Assembly (NCBI GenBank): GCA_051599415.1
Contig: AP039696.1
Location: 62,001-126,000 of the forward strand
Direction of reading: 5' to 3'
Length of the DNA: 64,000 bases
From: Savitreella phatthalungensis
Lineage: Eukaryota
Position numbers and translations under genes: made by a program. Within the stretch, counting starts at the first letter, position 1; the number at the start of each line of letters is the position of its first letter. Under the pieces are notes generated by a model that ran no database searches, was not told the DNA's origin, and saw nothing but the letters and a program-made list of their open reading frames with translations. Below are positions 33,937 through 44,277 of this stretch, in pieces.

Positions 33937-34637
33937 CGATAGGGAGAGAGACGATTGAACGGGATTTCGACTAGGTCGTCGGATGGAAAGTCTGGATGAT
34001 GGCAAAACCCGGAAGCTTATCAGCCTGCGTCGTTTGCAGGCGTGGCAAGATAATCAGGTGATCGAACCAGCAGCCGAGAAAGGAATACTATAAAATAGTA
34101 TCAACCTTGTTGGGGGATCAGGTTGCTTTGAGACGTGCGTGCGATGCGACGTTCAGGTCACGGGATGTGTCTACAGCGAGAACGGGGATTGGGATGTCGT
34201 GCGAGTTATGTACTACTGATAGCCATAGGGAAAAGGTGGACGGACAAGCTACAATCTACGAAGAAGTCAGTTAGAACAGGCATGACAAGCAGGGAAGAAA
34301 AACAGGTAGATAAACTGATATAGCTCAAGACGCTTGCAGAGAAAGGTAATCAGGCATCGGGTATTGACCCCGAGTATGTGGGAAGTCGTGCTAAAGCTAG
34401 ATAATGCTCCAGGCTGACTCCGCTTGCTGGCTAGACAGCATCGCGAGCGCCACTTCCATATAGAGATTAGAAGCGCAGCAGCCACAGACTCGGAGACAGA
34501 GAGAATGAGACTGTAGAGGTGCGGGCGAGCTAGCTACATAGATAGATAGACAGACAGTCAGACAAGATAGGCAGAGAGCCTGAGGCTTACTAGCACGCTG
34601 GAGAAACAGAGGAGCGAGTGAGAGAGACAAAAGATAG
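33937..34637. promoter_or_regulatory. HGATAR (GATA-factor, AreA/Gln3-type) site cluster upstream of the permease
   Basis: Sites at 33937, 34016 (CTTATC), 34048, 34217, 34308, 34399, 34540, 34544, 34565, 34632. Confidence 0.55.
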
Positions 34638-36588
34638 ACCGTTAGTCTAACTAAGAGACAATCGATTAGAATAGCCGGTTGGGAAGTTATGATGGAGATC
34701 TCTGATTGTATGACCAGCGTCATTTCTGACCACGTTTGAATTTGAATCGGAAGCCACACAGAATATTGTCCTCCAAGTCTCGCCTATCGGTGCGCATACC
34801 GATCGAGTGATGTGAGACGTGTCAAGAATGGTGAACTGCCACGGACTTTAATAACTGGCTCCAGATTAGACCAAGTGTACAGATGCTACGATATTCTGTT
34901 TAGCAAGTGAGAGAAAAAGGTGGCCACTATCAGCAGAATTTAGGAAGATACATTGACAGACTGCCTCTACTAGTCTGGTCCAGTGTATGGAGGCTCCAAC
35001 GAAGGCCACAACTTTTGAAAATTCATTTCTGAGGTTAATCAATCCTCGAGCTTAGCAGATTGATTCCTAAAAGAGAGCATGGTGGAATAAGCCGACCACC
35101 GAGCTTTCGTGGCGGACATAGGCTGACGCAGGACAGATGTAGCTGATATTATCAGCTTACTCTAATTCCAGCTTCATGGGAAACTAGTTTCATGGGCAAC
35201 CATCATTGAAAGCACCTTTCAGTATAATTCTATACTCCATGCAGCCTTAGTGCTTCGAGTGATCGCCGATAAGCCCTGCTTTCATTTCCGGTCTCAACCA
35301 GCGACAGAGCTAGGTCACACAGAAGTTAGATCTCGACGAGGAGTTTGCGATCGGAATTCTCTCTTAAATCAAATTCAGGTTGAACTCCAGTAACTCACTA
35401 AGTTGACGATAGACCCGCCCACTCAAAACGGCTAAATTAGATTTATCGCCTCCCCATCGTCAGAGATACGCAAAATAGGTCGCGCGACACTTTTCCTGTA
35501 CCATTTCCTGTTCAGCTTAGTAGCTCCAGCTTCGATGATTATAGCCGAAGTTAATTGTTTGGGCCCGTTGACGGCATCTGCATAGTGCTGTCAAATGTAT
35601 AAAAAAAGGTCAGGTCGAAGTGGGACAATGACCTGGAACTGAGATATAGTTATGTCTGGTAAGCGAGACAAATTTAGTTACAGATGCAGTAAACCTGGGT
35701 CACCACGGCAGAACCTGTTGGCAAACATTCACACGACAACTTGTGCACCCAGTCAGCGCAAGATGTGGGCTTGGCTGGGATCGATTGCCTTGTCTTAAGA
35801 GTTCAGAAGCAGGCAGCGGGGAAGCGCAAGAACAAAGGCAAGAGGAGATGGGAGAGGGGCTACCCAAGCATATGGTAGCATCCTAGAAAAAATCTTACTC
35901 TCTCGGCTGTTCCGAGTGGCAGGCTTCTCGGCCAGAATATCCAAATTGGCCAAAATTCCAGGCTCCCATGTTCTGCCCGATCCGCTATTTACCCGCTAAT
36001 TGACAAGCTCCAAGGCAACTTCGGAGGACCGAAGAAGGCCAAAAACTAGGCGCAGCATCTCGAGTTTGTCCGCTGCAAACATTGCCTGTAGGCTATGTCC
36101 ATGTCCAGGTCCGTGGTCGTGCTACCGTACAAGTACGAATGATCTATTGTGGGGACCTCATGTACACTAAATCTCCCTAGTCAGCTTGCCGACCGCAGAT
36201 CTATCGAGAGCGTATTTGCTGGTGTCTGGGAGCCTGGCTCAAAAGAGCAAAGCATCGCAGAACGCCGGTGATACTGCACGCGCTTTTTGATGGTATGCAT
36301 TTTAGATTAACTTATGTCGCGCTGCGCATGACCTACCCTTGAAGATCACTGCCGATTCTGGCTCGTCTGCCCGAAATGTGGCAGGCTCTCCACATCCAGC
36401 CCGATAGGCTCACGTGTCGAACATGAGTATCCGAGTGGCACTCAACGACGACAGCGACCATTTCTGTGGTAGATTGTCAGCTGGCTAGATGCACGAACAA
36501 CGTTGCACTATCAACATGCTTAGCGCTCCTCGTGTCGCTTGATCGGTGTGCAATCAATTCCGATCGATCGATGGATCGCGTCAATTCA

Positions 36589-38784
36589 CTATACAGCAAG
36601 TGCTTGCGCCAGCCGATCAGCCTTGACTTTGGTCCGCGAGATAGTCTCACCTGCCGCGGCAAGCTGCGTCTTGATTCGCGTCAGCTGAGAAGTACGTAGA
36701 GGGCTTTGTCGTGATTCACCGACCGGTGACTTGTCGGTGGCCGTGGCCGTCGCCTCGCCTTGTGTGCCACTTGAAGAACTTTCCAAAGCCGTCTTCACGG
36801 CCACGAAAGTTTTGCTCACCTCTTCTGCACGTGCGACGAGACCTCTCGTGCCTGCTAAACGCTGACGCACACGCTCAATCTCATCGAAGTATCGCTTCTC
36901 CGCTGCACTGAGCGTTTGTCCTGCTCCATTGCCGCTTCCACGCAGCTGTTGCTGTCTCTGTCGTGTCAGGCCTGCGAGAAGCTGAGTGGTTCGTTTCTCG
37001 AGATCACGTTGCCGCGCGCGAGCATCTTCAGCTCTTCTTTCAAGTGTCTGGTCGCCATCGCCGGCTTCGACCATTCTCTCCAGTCGGCGCGCCAGCTGAT
37101 CAACTTTCGCTCGCTGTCGCTCAGCCTCGCGTGTCTGTAGCTCCAATCGTCTATGTGCCGATACCATATGTCTGTGCAACTGCTCAATCGCCTCCCGAAC
37201 CGCCACAGCCGCCTTCCCTAGCAATCTTAGTGACTCTGGCGTGACCTCCGACAGCGCCTTGCCGCCTTGTAACGAAGGTGGAACGACAGGCATTACTAAT
37301 TGTGGGCTCAGTGGCGGTTTATATGTGGGACGGGTCAACAAACTCGAGTATCGTGGAACGTCCCTGTCGTCTTGTCCCTCGGGTAACGTCTCAGCATTCG
37401 GCTCGTCTGCAATGCCAAGGGCGTCTAGACTGGCGAGGATATCATTGTGCGCCAGGTTGACCACATGCGCATCGTAATCGTTCAATAGAGCCACAAAGCG
37501 AACGTCGAGGTCCTCATGCACAACCGCATGACCATTGATGTCACTGCCTTCGCAATCTAGCACGAGCTTGATCTTTGCCGGAGCCAGGTCCATGCCCTCA
37601 TCGGGCTCGGTAAGCCGTGCGAGAGCATCTCCGCCGAAAACCGAGATCTCGTGTACACCTCCGCGGTGGATTGCGAGCAATTGACCATCGGATGCGCTAG
37701 GTAGCAGAGTGATGTGACCAGTCCCAGAGATACTGATAGATTCATTGACGGCGCAGGTGATTACAGTTCCAGGTCGAAGGCCAACATCATCCACAATGAG
37801 AGCCAAGTCGATCTTGTCGTCGGTAGCTAATGCCAGCCAGTCAGCGGTACCGTGCGGCAGGAAAAGGAGATCTGTGGGCTCGACTGCGCGATTGGAGAAC
37901 TCCAGAGGAACTGGCTCAAAAAGGAGCGGCTGAGATATAGCGATGTGAGTTTCTAGGCCGGACGGCCGCCGGAAGCTGATACCGGTGAGTGACCGCGCAC
38001 CATGCTGCTCGATTTGGGTCATGATGCGAGCGAACAGAGATGCCTGTGTGACGGTGTCTTGCAGAGCATAGCCCTCGAACTTGCCCAGGGAGACGTGGTC
38101 GATCGATATAGTGTGTGGCAAGACAGGACTTGCGGCTAGAACATCGCCTTCGCCCGTCAGAACGAACACGCCCAGTCCTGACCACCCATGGCCGCCAGCA
38201 CCGAACGTGAATGCAGTCGCTGTAGCTGCATCCGTATCGCCCAACCCGCGGCCGCCCGTCAAGCCACGGCGGGCACCTGTCGAGAGCAAATCGACTTGTA
38301 CGTCGGCAACATCGAACGATGTGCTCAAGTCGAATAAGCGCAGGTACGAGTCTGTAGAGAGCACTACGAGACAATCCCCAGCTGAGGAAAGCGGATGGAA
38401 ACTTGCCTGTGCGATTGTTGTATGCCGCAACAATTCTTCACCAACGATGTAGCTGCGCACAGCTGTACCCTTTGCCAGTAGGCTGGAATGCGGCAGAATT
38501 GCAGCCACCAGCCGGCTCGATCCGACAACAAGCAAGATCGTGCGGCTAGGATTGAGCACGAGTGCCTGGATGTCGAAGTCGATGTCTAGTCCACGAAGTT
38601 CCTCGAACTCGTCCTTCTCCTTCGTCACAGCGTATCGGATAGTCCTTCCAACTGCCAGGAAAGTCTCTCCTGCGTCGCTCAGGGCGATCAGTGAAAGAGG
38701 CCTGCCTGCATGGCGCTTGATGGTGCCGGCCTCTGTGAAGATGCCATGAGAAGGCAAGGAAGAGATGCTTGTATCCGCCTTCAT
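36589..38784 (-). CDS. nup82: Nucleoporin Nup82/Nup88 family
   Basis: N-terminal beta-propeller (IQALVLNPSRTILLVVG, QASFHPLS..DCLVVLSTDSYLRLFDL, VFVLTGEGDVLAASPVLP) and C-terminal coiled coils including LSAAEKRYFDEIERV. Confidence 0.85.
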   Translation of the reverse strand: MKADTSISSLPSHGIFTEAGTIKRHAGRPLSLIALSDAGETFLAVGRTIRYAVTKEKDEFEELRGLDIDFDIQALVLNPSRTILLVVGSSRLVAAILPHSSLLAKGTAVRSYIVGEELLRHTTIAQASFHPLSSAGDCLVVLSTDSYLRLFDLSTSFDVADVQVDLLSTGARRGLTGGRGLGDTDAATATAFTFGAGGHGWSGLGVFVLTGEGDVLAASPVLPHTISIDHVSLGKFEGYALQDTVTQASLFARIMTQIEQHGARSLTGISFRRPSGLETHIAISQPLLFEPVPLEFSNRAVEPTDLLFLPHGTADWLALATDDKIDLALIVDDVGLRPGTVITCAVNESISISGTGHITLLPSASDGQLLAIHRGGVHEISVFGGDALARLTEPDEGMDLAPAKIKLVLDCEGSDINGHAVVHEDLDVRFVALLNDYDAHVVNLAHNDILASLDALGIADEPNAETLPEGQDDRDVPRYSSLLTRPTYKPPLSPQLVMPVVPPSLQGGKALSEVTPESLRLLGKAAVAVREAIEQLHRHMVSAHRRLELQTREAERQRAKVDQLARRLERMVEAGDGDQTLERRAEDARARQRDLEKRTTQLLAGLTRQRQQQLRGSGNGAGQTLSAAEKRYFDEIERVRQRLAGTRGLVARAEEVSKTFVAVKTALESSSSGTQGEATATATDKSPVGESRQSPLRTSQLTRIKTQLAAAGETISRTKVKADRLAQALAV

Positions 38785-39079
38785 AACGGCACCGATGCTG
38801 CCACTGCAGTCGTTGAGCTTGCAGTGCGGCGACTACGGCGACAAAACACCTGCACAGGCGAGCTCACACGCTGAACGTTCTACTGCTTAAGAGATGACGC
38901 GAACCTTTGTAGAGTAGATGTGCATGTAGACGTTTTGGTTTGCAAACGATTCTGGCGATAGATGCACAAATTGTCATCGAGGCCTTGAGAAGACTATTGC
39001 CTATTCGACAAGCTCGAGTTTAAGGGCATCATGAGGATTCAGCTCGGTCTTACGATCGCTGGTGAGTGTGCTGAATAGT

Positions 39080-39817
39080 ATGCGCGCGGGAGAGCTGCTC
39101 GGACAGCGCCCAGAACGTATCGACAAGTTCTTTCTAGGGCTTGTGAACGAGCTTGCCGGCCCGGCGGGATGTGGCAAGTCAATCCTGTGCTATAAGGAGA
39201 TACTGTGTTTCCTGCAAACACGACCGGGTATTGCTATCATTCTGGACACTGTCGATGGTTTCAAAGCGGACATCTTCGCGGCGCTGATTCGCCAGAATGA
39301 ACCTGACCGCGCGGATGAATTGCTCGAAAGGATTCAGGTAATGCGTACCCGGACAGTTTATGACATTTTGGAAGCTGTACGTGAGGTAGCTGCTGGTCTA
39401 AGAAAGTCAAAGAAAGAGGGAGAGCGCATTGGAGTACTTTGTATTGATACGATAGCCAATCCTCTCGGCCTGCTCATGCAGAAAGGTCAGCAAGAGGGAC
39501 ACGCGCTCATGGTGAGTATCACTCGGGAGCTGAGCTTTATCGCACGATTTCATCGAGTGTGTATCATCCTGGTCAACACGGCTGTCAGGATCCCAAGCAC
39601 AACCTATCCTCAAACCACGACCTTCAACCGTGACAGTGCATTCGATGGAATCTCTTTACAGCCTGCGCTCGGGAAACTGTGGCCGCACCTGATAGACTAT
39701 TGTATGTTTGTTCATCCTTTACCGGAGAGCGCAGGCAGGCCTTTACATGGTCGAGGATATATACACGAGATCATCAGGTCACGAATCGGCGGCACGGGCG
39801 AATGGGAAGTCGTTTAG
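39080..39817 (+). CDS. Short Rad51/RecA-fold paralog (RAD51D/Rdl1-like)
   Basis: Walker A ELAGPAGCGKS, IILDTVDGF, Walker B VLCIDTI, GHALM..ITREL, IILVN, QPALGKLW. No N-terminal HhH domain. Confidence 0.8.
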   Translation: MRAGELLGQRPERIDKFFLGLVNELAGPAGCGKSILCYKEILCFLQTRPGIAIILDTVDGFKADIFAALIRQNEPDRADELLERIQVMRTRTVYDILEAVREVAAGLRKSKKEGERIGVLCIDTIANPLGLLMQKGQQEGHALMVSITRELSFIARFHRVCIILVNTAVRIPSTTYPQTTTFNRDSAFDGISLQPALGKLWPHLIDYCMFVHPLPESAGRPLHGRGYIHEIIRSRIGGTGEWEVV

Positions 39818-40268
39818 GAAATGTCGATCAAGTACTCCTCGGACAATCGACGCGAGGCTAGCTTTCAAAGCAGTTGATCACGAAGGCTTCAAATGATAGT
39901 GATACGCCCAGAAGCTGCTTTTACAGTGTCTTCCTGGCAAGTCTGCCCCTCTAAGATAGGCTTCATCATCGGGAGTATGGCAGCTGTGCAATCGTGCATT
40001 CTCCATATATCTCAATAGAACTCGCCAAGAAATGTCATACACGTGATCATTCCAGCCAAGCATATGATTTTGGCGACAGGGAAATCGATCATTCCACAAT
40101 TCCAGCTGGCAAGGTCGGCAATGACGCAAAAGCAGAGGACACTTACTATGACAGAATAACAAAGTACGTAGTATCGTTTCCTCAAGTCTCCGAAAGTCAA
40201 GGGAGACACGAAGATTGAGAGTATCTCTCTTCGTAGATATTCGATCACGCTGACTTCATCGTCCTAAA

Positions 40269-41411
40269 ATGGTAGCAACTCAAGTACACCTGCTCAATCT
40301 GGGCGGACCTATTACCGCTCATGCTTTCAATGCCGATCGATCTCTTCTCGCCGTTTCCAAGAACTCGTCAGTGATTGAAATTTACAAGCGTGAAGGTGGA
40401 AAGGATGGTGGGTTTGTGCTCGAGACCTCCTTGAAGGACCACGACAAGCTGGTGACTTCCATCGACTGGGCTCCTTCATCAGACAAGATCGTGACATGCT
40501 CGCAGGACCGAAACGCGAACGTATGGGTGCGCGATCCTTCCGCTGCTTCAGGCTGGAAGCCAACACTTGTCCTGCTCCGCATCAACCGCGGTGCTACCCA
40601 GGTCAAGTGGTCTCCGCATGAGGACAAGTTTGCAGTCGCCTCCAGCGCTAGACTGATTGCGATCTGCTACTTTGAGCAGGAGAACAACTGGTGGATTTCC
40701 AAGCACCTGAAGAAGCCTATTCGCTCGACAATCCTTTCACTCGACTGGCACCCGAACAACGTGCTGCTTGCAGCAGGCGGCACGGACATGCGCGTTCGCG
40801 TCTTCTCCGCCTTTATCAAGGATGTGGATGAGCGTCCTGCACCAACAGTCTGGGGCACTCGCCTTCCCTTCAACACCGTCTGTATGGAGGCTGCGACGGA
40901 AGGCTGGGTTCACGATGTCCGTTTCTCGCCCTCGGGAGACGAGGTCGCCTATGTCACACACGCCTCGACGATCGAGAGTGCGAGGCCGTCAGGCAACGAA
41001 GACGGTTCAGCCGTCGTCGCGTCTGCCGCGTTCGCCGGCCTGCCCATGACTACACTGGCGTACATCACGGAGGACTCGATCGCCGTCGCCGGACACAATT
41101 GTGCACCGGTCTTGTTCAAGCGGGATGGCGAGGGCAGCTGGGTCGAGGATCACGCGATCGATGGCAGGGCGCCTGATGGTGGTGCATCCGGCGGCATCGG
41201 TGGTGCGGCTTCAGGGTCAGACTCGGCCTTTAAGTCACTCCGGAACAGCTTCCGTGATATGGACCTCAAAGGTGGCTCCGCAGACACTTCACTCCCAACC
41301 GTCCACCAGAACACCATCACCCAGCTGACCGCTTACTACGGCGAACGCGGTGCTATCAAGCAAATTTCGACTTCCGGCGTCGATGGTCGCGTCGTCGTCT
41401 GGCAGTTGTAG
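40269..41411 (+). CDS. arc40: Arp2/3 complex subunit ARPC1 (Arc40/Sop2)
   Basis: WD40 with HDKLVTSIDWAP, WKPTLVLLRINR, YFEQENNWWISKHLKKP, LDWHPNNVLLAAG, TVHQNTI. Confidence 0.96.
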   Translation: MVATQVHLLNLGGPITAHAFNADRSLLAVSKNSSVIEIYKREGGKDGGFVLETSLKDHDKLVTSIDWAPSSDKIVTCSQDRNANVWVRDPSAASGWKPTLVLLRINRGATQVKWSPHEDKFAVASSARLIAICYFEQENNWWISKHLKKPIRSTILSLDWHPNNVLLAAGGTDMRVRVFSAFIKDVDERPAPTVWGTRLPFNTVCMEAATEGWVHDVRFSPSGDEVAYVTHASTIESARPSGNEDGSAVVASAAFAGLPMTTLAYITEDSIAVAGHNCAPVLFKRDGEGSWVEDHAIDGRAPDGGASGGIGGAASGSDSAFKSLRNSFRDMDLKGGSADTSLPTVHQNTITQLTAYYGERGAIKQISTSGVDGRVVVWQL

Positions 41412-41485
41412 GAAACGAAGGTTTTAGATTCGTTCAGCTAGTGATACATTGGCTATTCTACTTTGTGTAGCAGAGACTATGACAA

Positions 41486-42586
41486 TTACTGCTCCTTCTT
41501 CTCCACAGCTGCGCTTCCGACTGGCTCGCGCCAAGCGAACCCTGGAATTGGTAAGAGCATTGGCACGAGCTTGCGATACCGGTCATAACCAGGGTACTTC
41601 TTCTTCGCCGTCAGGTGTTCTGTCATGCGCGTTGACGCTTGGAAGATGGCGACTAGTCCAAGGAAGCCGATTCCTGTCCAATTGAGCCAGATCCCGGGAA
41701 GCGTCTGCTTGATGACATCAAGCCTATTACCTGCCGCCGTCACGGTCGCCCAGGCGTAGAAAATTGCAAAAATGGCCATCTCGAGGACCCAGGCAGGGTG
41801 TCTTGAATATGCGAACAAGCCAGAAGTGACGAAGCCTCGGTCGAGCTCGGTGCGGGAGAACTCGCGGTAGGTGTTGTCATGAGTAGCAGTGCCGTTTTGT
41901 TGGAGGACCTTGCAGTGCTGATATCTCTGGTGCATATCGTCTGTGAGGAGTTGCCCGGTGAGTGCGAAGATCACCAGCTCACAAACAAGCGCATCTCTCC
42001 AGTTCAGCTTATTCTCACGCCCGACCAAGAGCATCACATACGCTGGCGCTGCCAAGGCAGCTAATAACGCGTTCTGCATGACGGACACTCCAAAGAGATT
42101 GATGAAGAAGAAGATTGGCCTCGGCAGCACAGACTGCAGCCACTTGTACCTGTAGTCCATGTGACCTCGTGTGTACCCACCCCGTAGGTAGTAATTTCTG
42201 GTGAGTCGAATACTCCAGAGGATGTAGAGGCCAGCAACGAGCGACAAGCGCGCGTGTACCAACCCGTTCTTTCCGGTTCCCGTCAGAAATCCACGAAGCC
42301 AGTAGTGACAAACGTGGATGGTCGGAACGAGCGACCAGGAGCGGTCCACCCATGAGTAGTTCCCCGTGGACTCTGATAGGATCCAGGAGAGGCCTGCGAA
42401 GAGAATAGCGAGATGCGCAGAGACAATCACAGGGTTTGTCGTCAGGTAGTAATGAGCGATTGAGCGAGTTCCGTAGAACACATCTCGAATTTGCCAGAAT
42501 TCAGGGATGAAAGGTCTGACGGTGATGTTCCAGGAGATGGTATCTTGTAGCTGCGTGAGCGCAGGTAGACCTGCGAAGCCGCTCAT
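41486..42586 (-). CDS. DUF1295 / steroid 5-alpha-reductase-like membrane protein
   Basis: NYSWVDRSWS, WSIRLTRNYYLRGGY..G.MDYRY, GFVTSGLFAYSRHP, STRMTE...KYPGYDRYRK.V; multiple TM segments. Confidence 0.88.
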   Translation of the reverse strand: MSGFAGLPALTQLQDTISWNITVRPFIPEFWQIRDVFYGTRSIAHYYLTTNPVIVSAHLAILFAGLSWILSESTGNYSWVDRSWSLVPTIHVCHYWLRGFLTGTGKNGLVHARLSLVAGLYILWSIRLTRNYYLRGGYTRGHMDYRYKWLQSVLPRPIFFFINLFGVSVMQNALLAALAAPAYVMLLVGRENKLNWRDALVCELVIFALTGQLLTDDMHQRYQHCKVLQQNGTATHDNTYREFSRTELDRGFVTSGLFAYSRHPAWVLEMAIFAIFYAWATVTAAGNRLDVIKQTLPGIWLNWTGIGFLGLVAIFQASTRMTEHLTAKKKYPGYDRYRKLVPMLLPIPGFAWREPVGSAAVEKKEQ

Positions 42587-43085
42587 GAAGTGTCAAATGA
42601 AACGTGGATCAGTCAGCAGTGCTCAGTACAGGTAGTAGATGATCGTGACTCCTGTTACGAAGACATTCGATCGACGAGTAGACTAGAAATGATAATGATG
42701 AGACCTGTAGCTTGTATTTTGTTCGTTTGCTCGATCCGCGGCTTCACATGTGCGCTACTACATCATCTGTCGTGTGTGATCAGTGGATGAGTGAGCGCGG
42801 ATTGACGTCGTCGATCCGTGAAATTCATGTTCAGAGCTGTCTGGCACTCTCAGATACAGAGTGAGTGAATACTCACTGGAATAGAAAGAACACAATTATA
42901 GTCTAGCTGGACTGACCTTTGAGATCTCGAAGATGATTTGATAGTTTGAATTGGGGTTCACTTAAGCGAGCAGAGATACACGTGACTGATTCCTGATGAA
43001 TTGATCTCGAGACCGGACTGCACGTGGACTACACAAGTTCATCAAGGATTTATCAACCCGTCGTATACGCGTCGCTCGTCCAAAG

Positions 43086-44201
43086 ATGGTCTCTGTCCAG
43101 AACAGAGACGACCCAATAGATGATCGAGCGCACGATTCGGAAGATTCAGGTGACGAAGATTATGCGCCTGTCCAAATAGACTCGGGCTTGCGCATTCCAA
43201 AGTCAAACACTGCCCGGAAGGACGATGATGATGAAGACTCCGATAGTGAAGATGAGGCAACGACCGCTCAAGCGCTTGCCGATGCAGGCTACGACTCTGG
43301 CGATGACAAGGTCATCAACGGTGGAGGTGGAAATTCCGAGGACGATAGCGACAGCAGTCAGGCTCAGAAAAACCGCAAGGGCAGGAGCAAGAGCAAGAAG
43401 CGGAAGCGTGGAACTGACAGCAGACCAAACACGGACGCTGACGACGGCATTGAGCTCGAAGATGGTGCTGGGGGTCTTGTCAAGACGCGCGCACAAAGGC
43501 AAGCTGAAGCAAATCTCCCACTCTCAAGTCAAACTGACAAACCTGCTCGATCGGAGGGTGGTGCAACTGATATCGATGCTCTGTGGGCTGCCATGAACGA
43601 TCCCTCTAAAGCGTCTCTTGACTCAACGCTCAACCCCAAAACAACACAAAAGGCGTCAGTGCCAGTGCGTGCAGGCGAAGATGATGACACAATCACGATC
43701 GAGCGCACATATACGTTTGCTGGCAAGGTCCACCACGAGAAGAAGACAGTTCCTCGAGACAGCCGTGAAGCCCGGGCGTATCTGGCTAGCTTATCTACGG
43801 TGCCCGCGCCGCAGTCATCAACGGCAACGACAGCGACTCAGAGCGAAGTCCCACTGTCGGAGACTGCGTCTGCGCGACCTGCAGGCTTGAGGAAGGTGCT
43901 GCGGAGGAAAGGCGTCTTGTCGGGCGGTGTACGCGGTGGCCCTGGTACGAGTGCTACGCCGTCGACGTATGTGCAGGTACCCTTGGATGGGGTGGGTGGT
44001 GGGCCTGCAGCGAAGAAGATCAACACGCTAGAAAAATCCAGACTCGAGTGGGCCAAGTTCGTCGACAGTCAAGGTATCGGTGATGACCTCGACCGCGAAC
44101 GCCAGCGTGGATACCTCGACAAGCAGGATTTCCTTGCTCGATCGGATGCTACTGCTGCCGCTGCCGCCGCGACTGCCGCAGGACGAAGTCGCGCACGATA
44201 G
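43086..44201 (+). CDS. swc5: SWR1 complex subunit Swc5 (BCNT/CFDP1 domain)
   Basis: Acidic N-terminus with DEDYAP, GGLVKTRAQR, ITIERTYTFAGK, C-terminal KINTLEKSRLEWAKFVD...GYLDKQDFLAR. Confidence 0.92.
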   Translation: MVSVQNRDDPIDDRAHDSEDSGDEDYAPVQIDSGLRIPKSNTARKDDDDEDSDSEDEATTAQALADAGYDSGDDKVINGGGGNSEDDSDSSQAQKNRKGRSKSKKRKRGTDSRPNTDADDGIELEDGAGGLVKTRAQRQAEANLPLSSQTDKPARSEGGATDIDALWAAMNDPSKASLDSTLNPKTTQKASVPVRAGEDDDTITIERTYTFAGKVHHEKKTVPRDSREARAYLASLSTVPAPQSSTATTATQSEVPLSETASARPAGLRKVLRRKGVLSGGVRGGPGTSATPSTYVQVPLDGVGGGPAAKKINTLEKSRLEWAKFVDSQGIGDDLDRERQRGYLDKQDFLARSDATAAAAAATAAGRSRAR

Positions 44202-44277
44202 ATAAGAAATGGAGTCGACATCTTGATGTAATAATGATTATGACACATTCTTACGCACACGACCAAGCGCGGAAATG

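Noticed and set aside
39878..40248. Hydrophobic minus-strand ORFs between the RAD51D-like gene and arc40
   Set aside because: Non-ATG starts, they overlap the arc40 promoter, and no family motif is visible.
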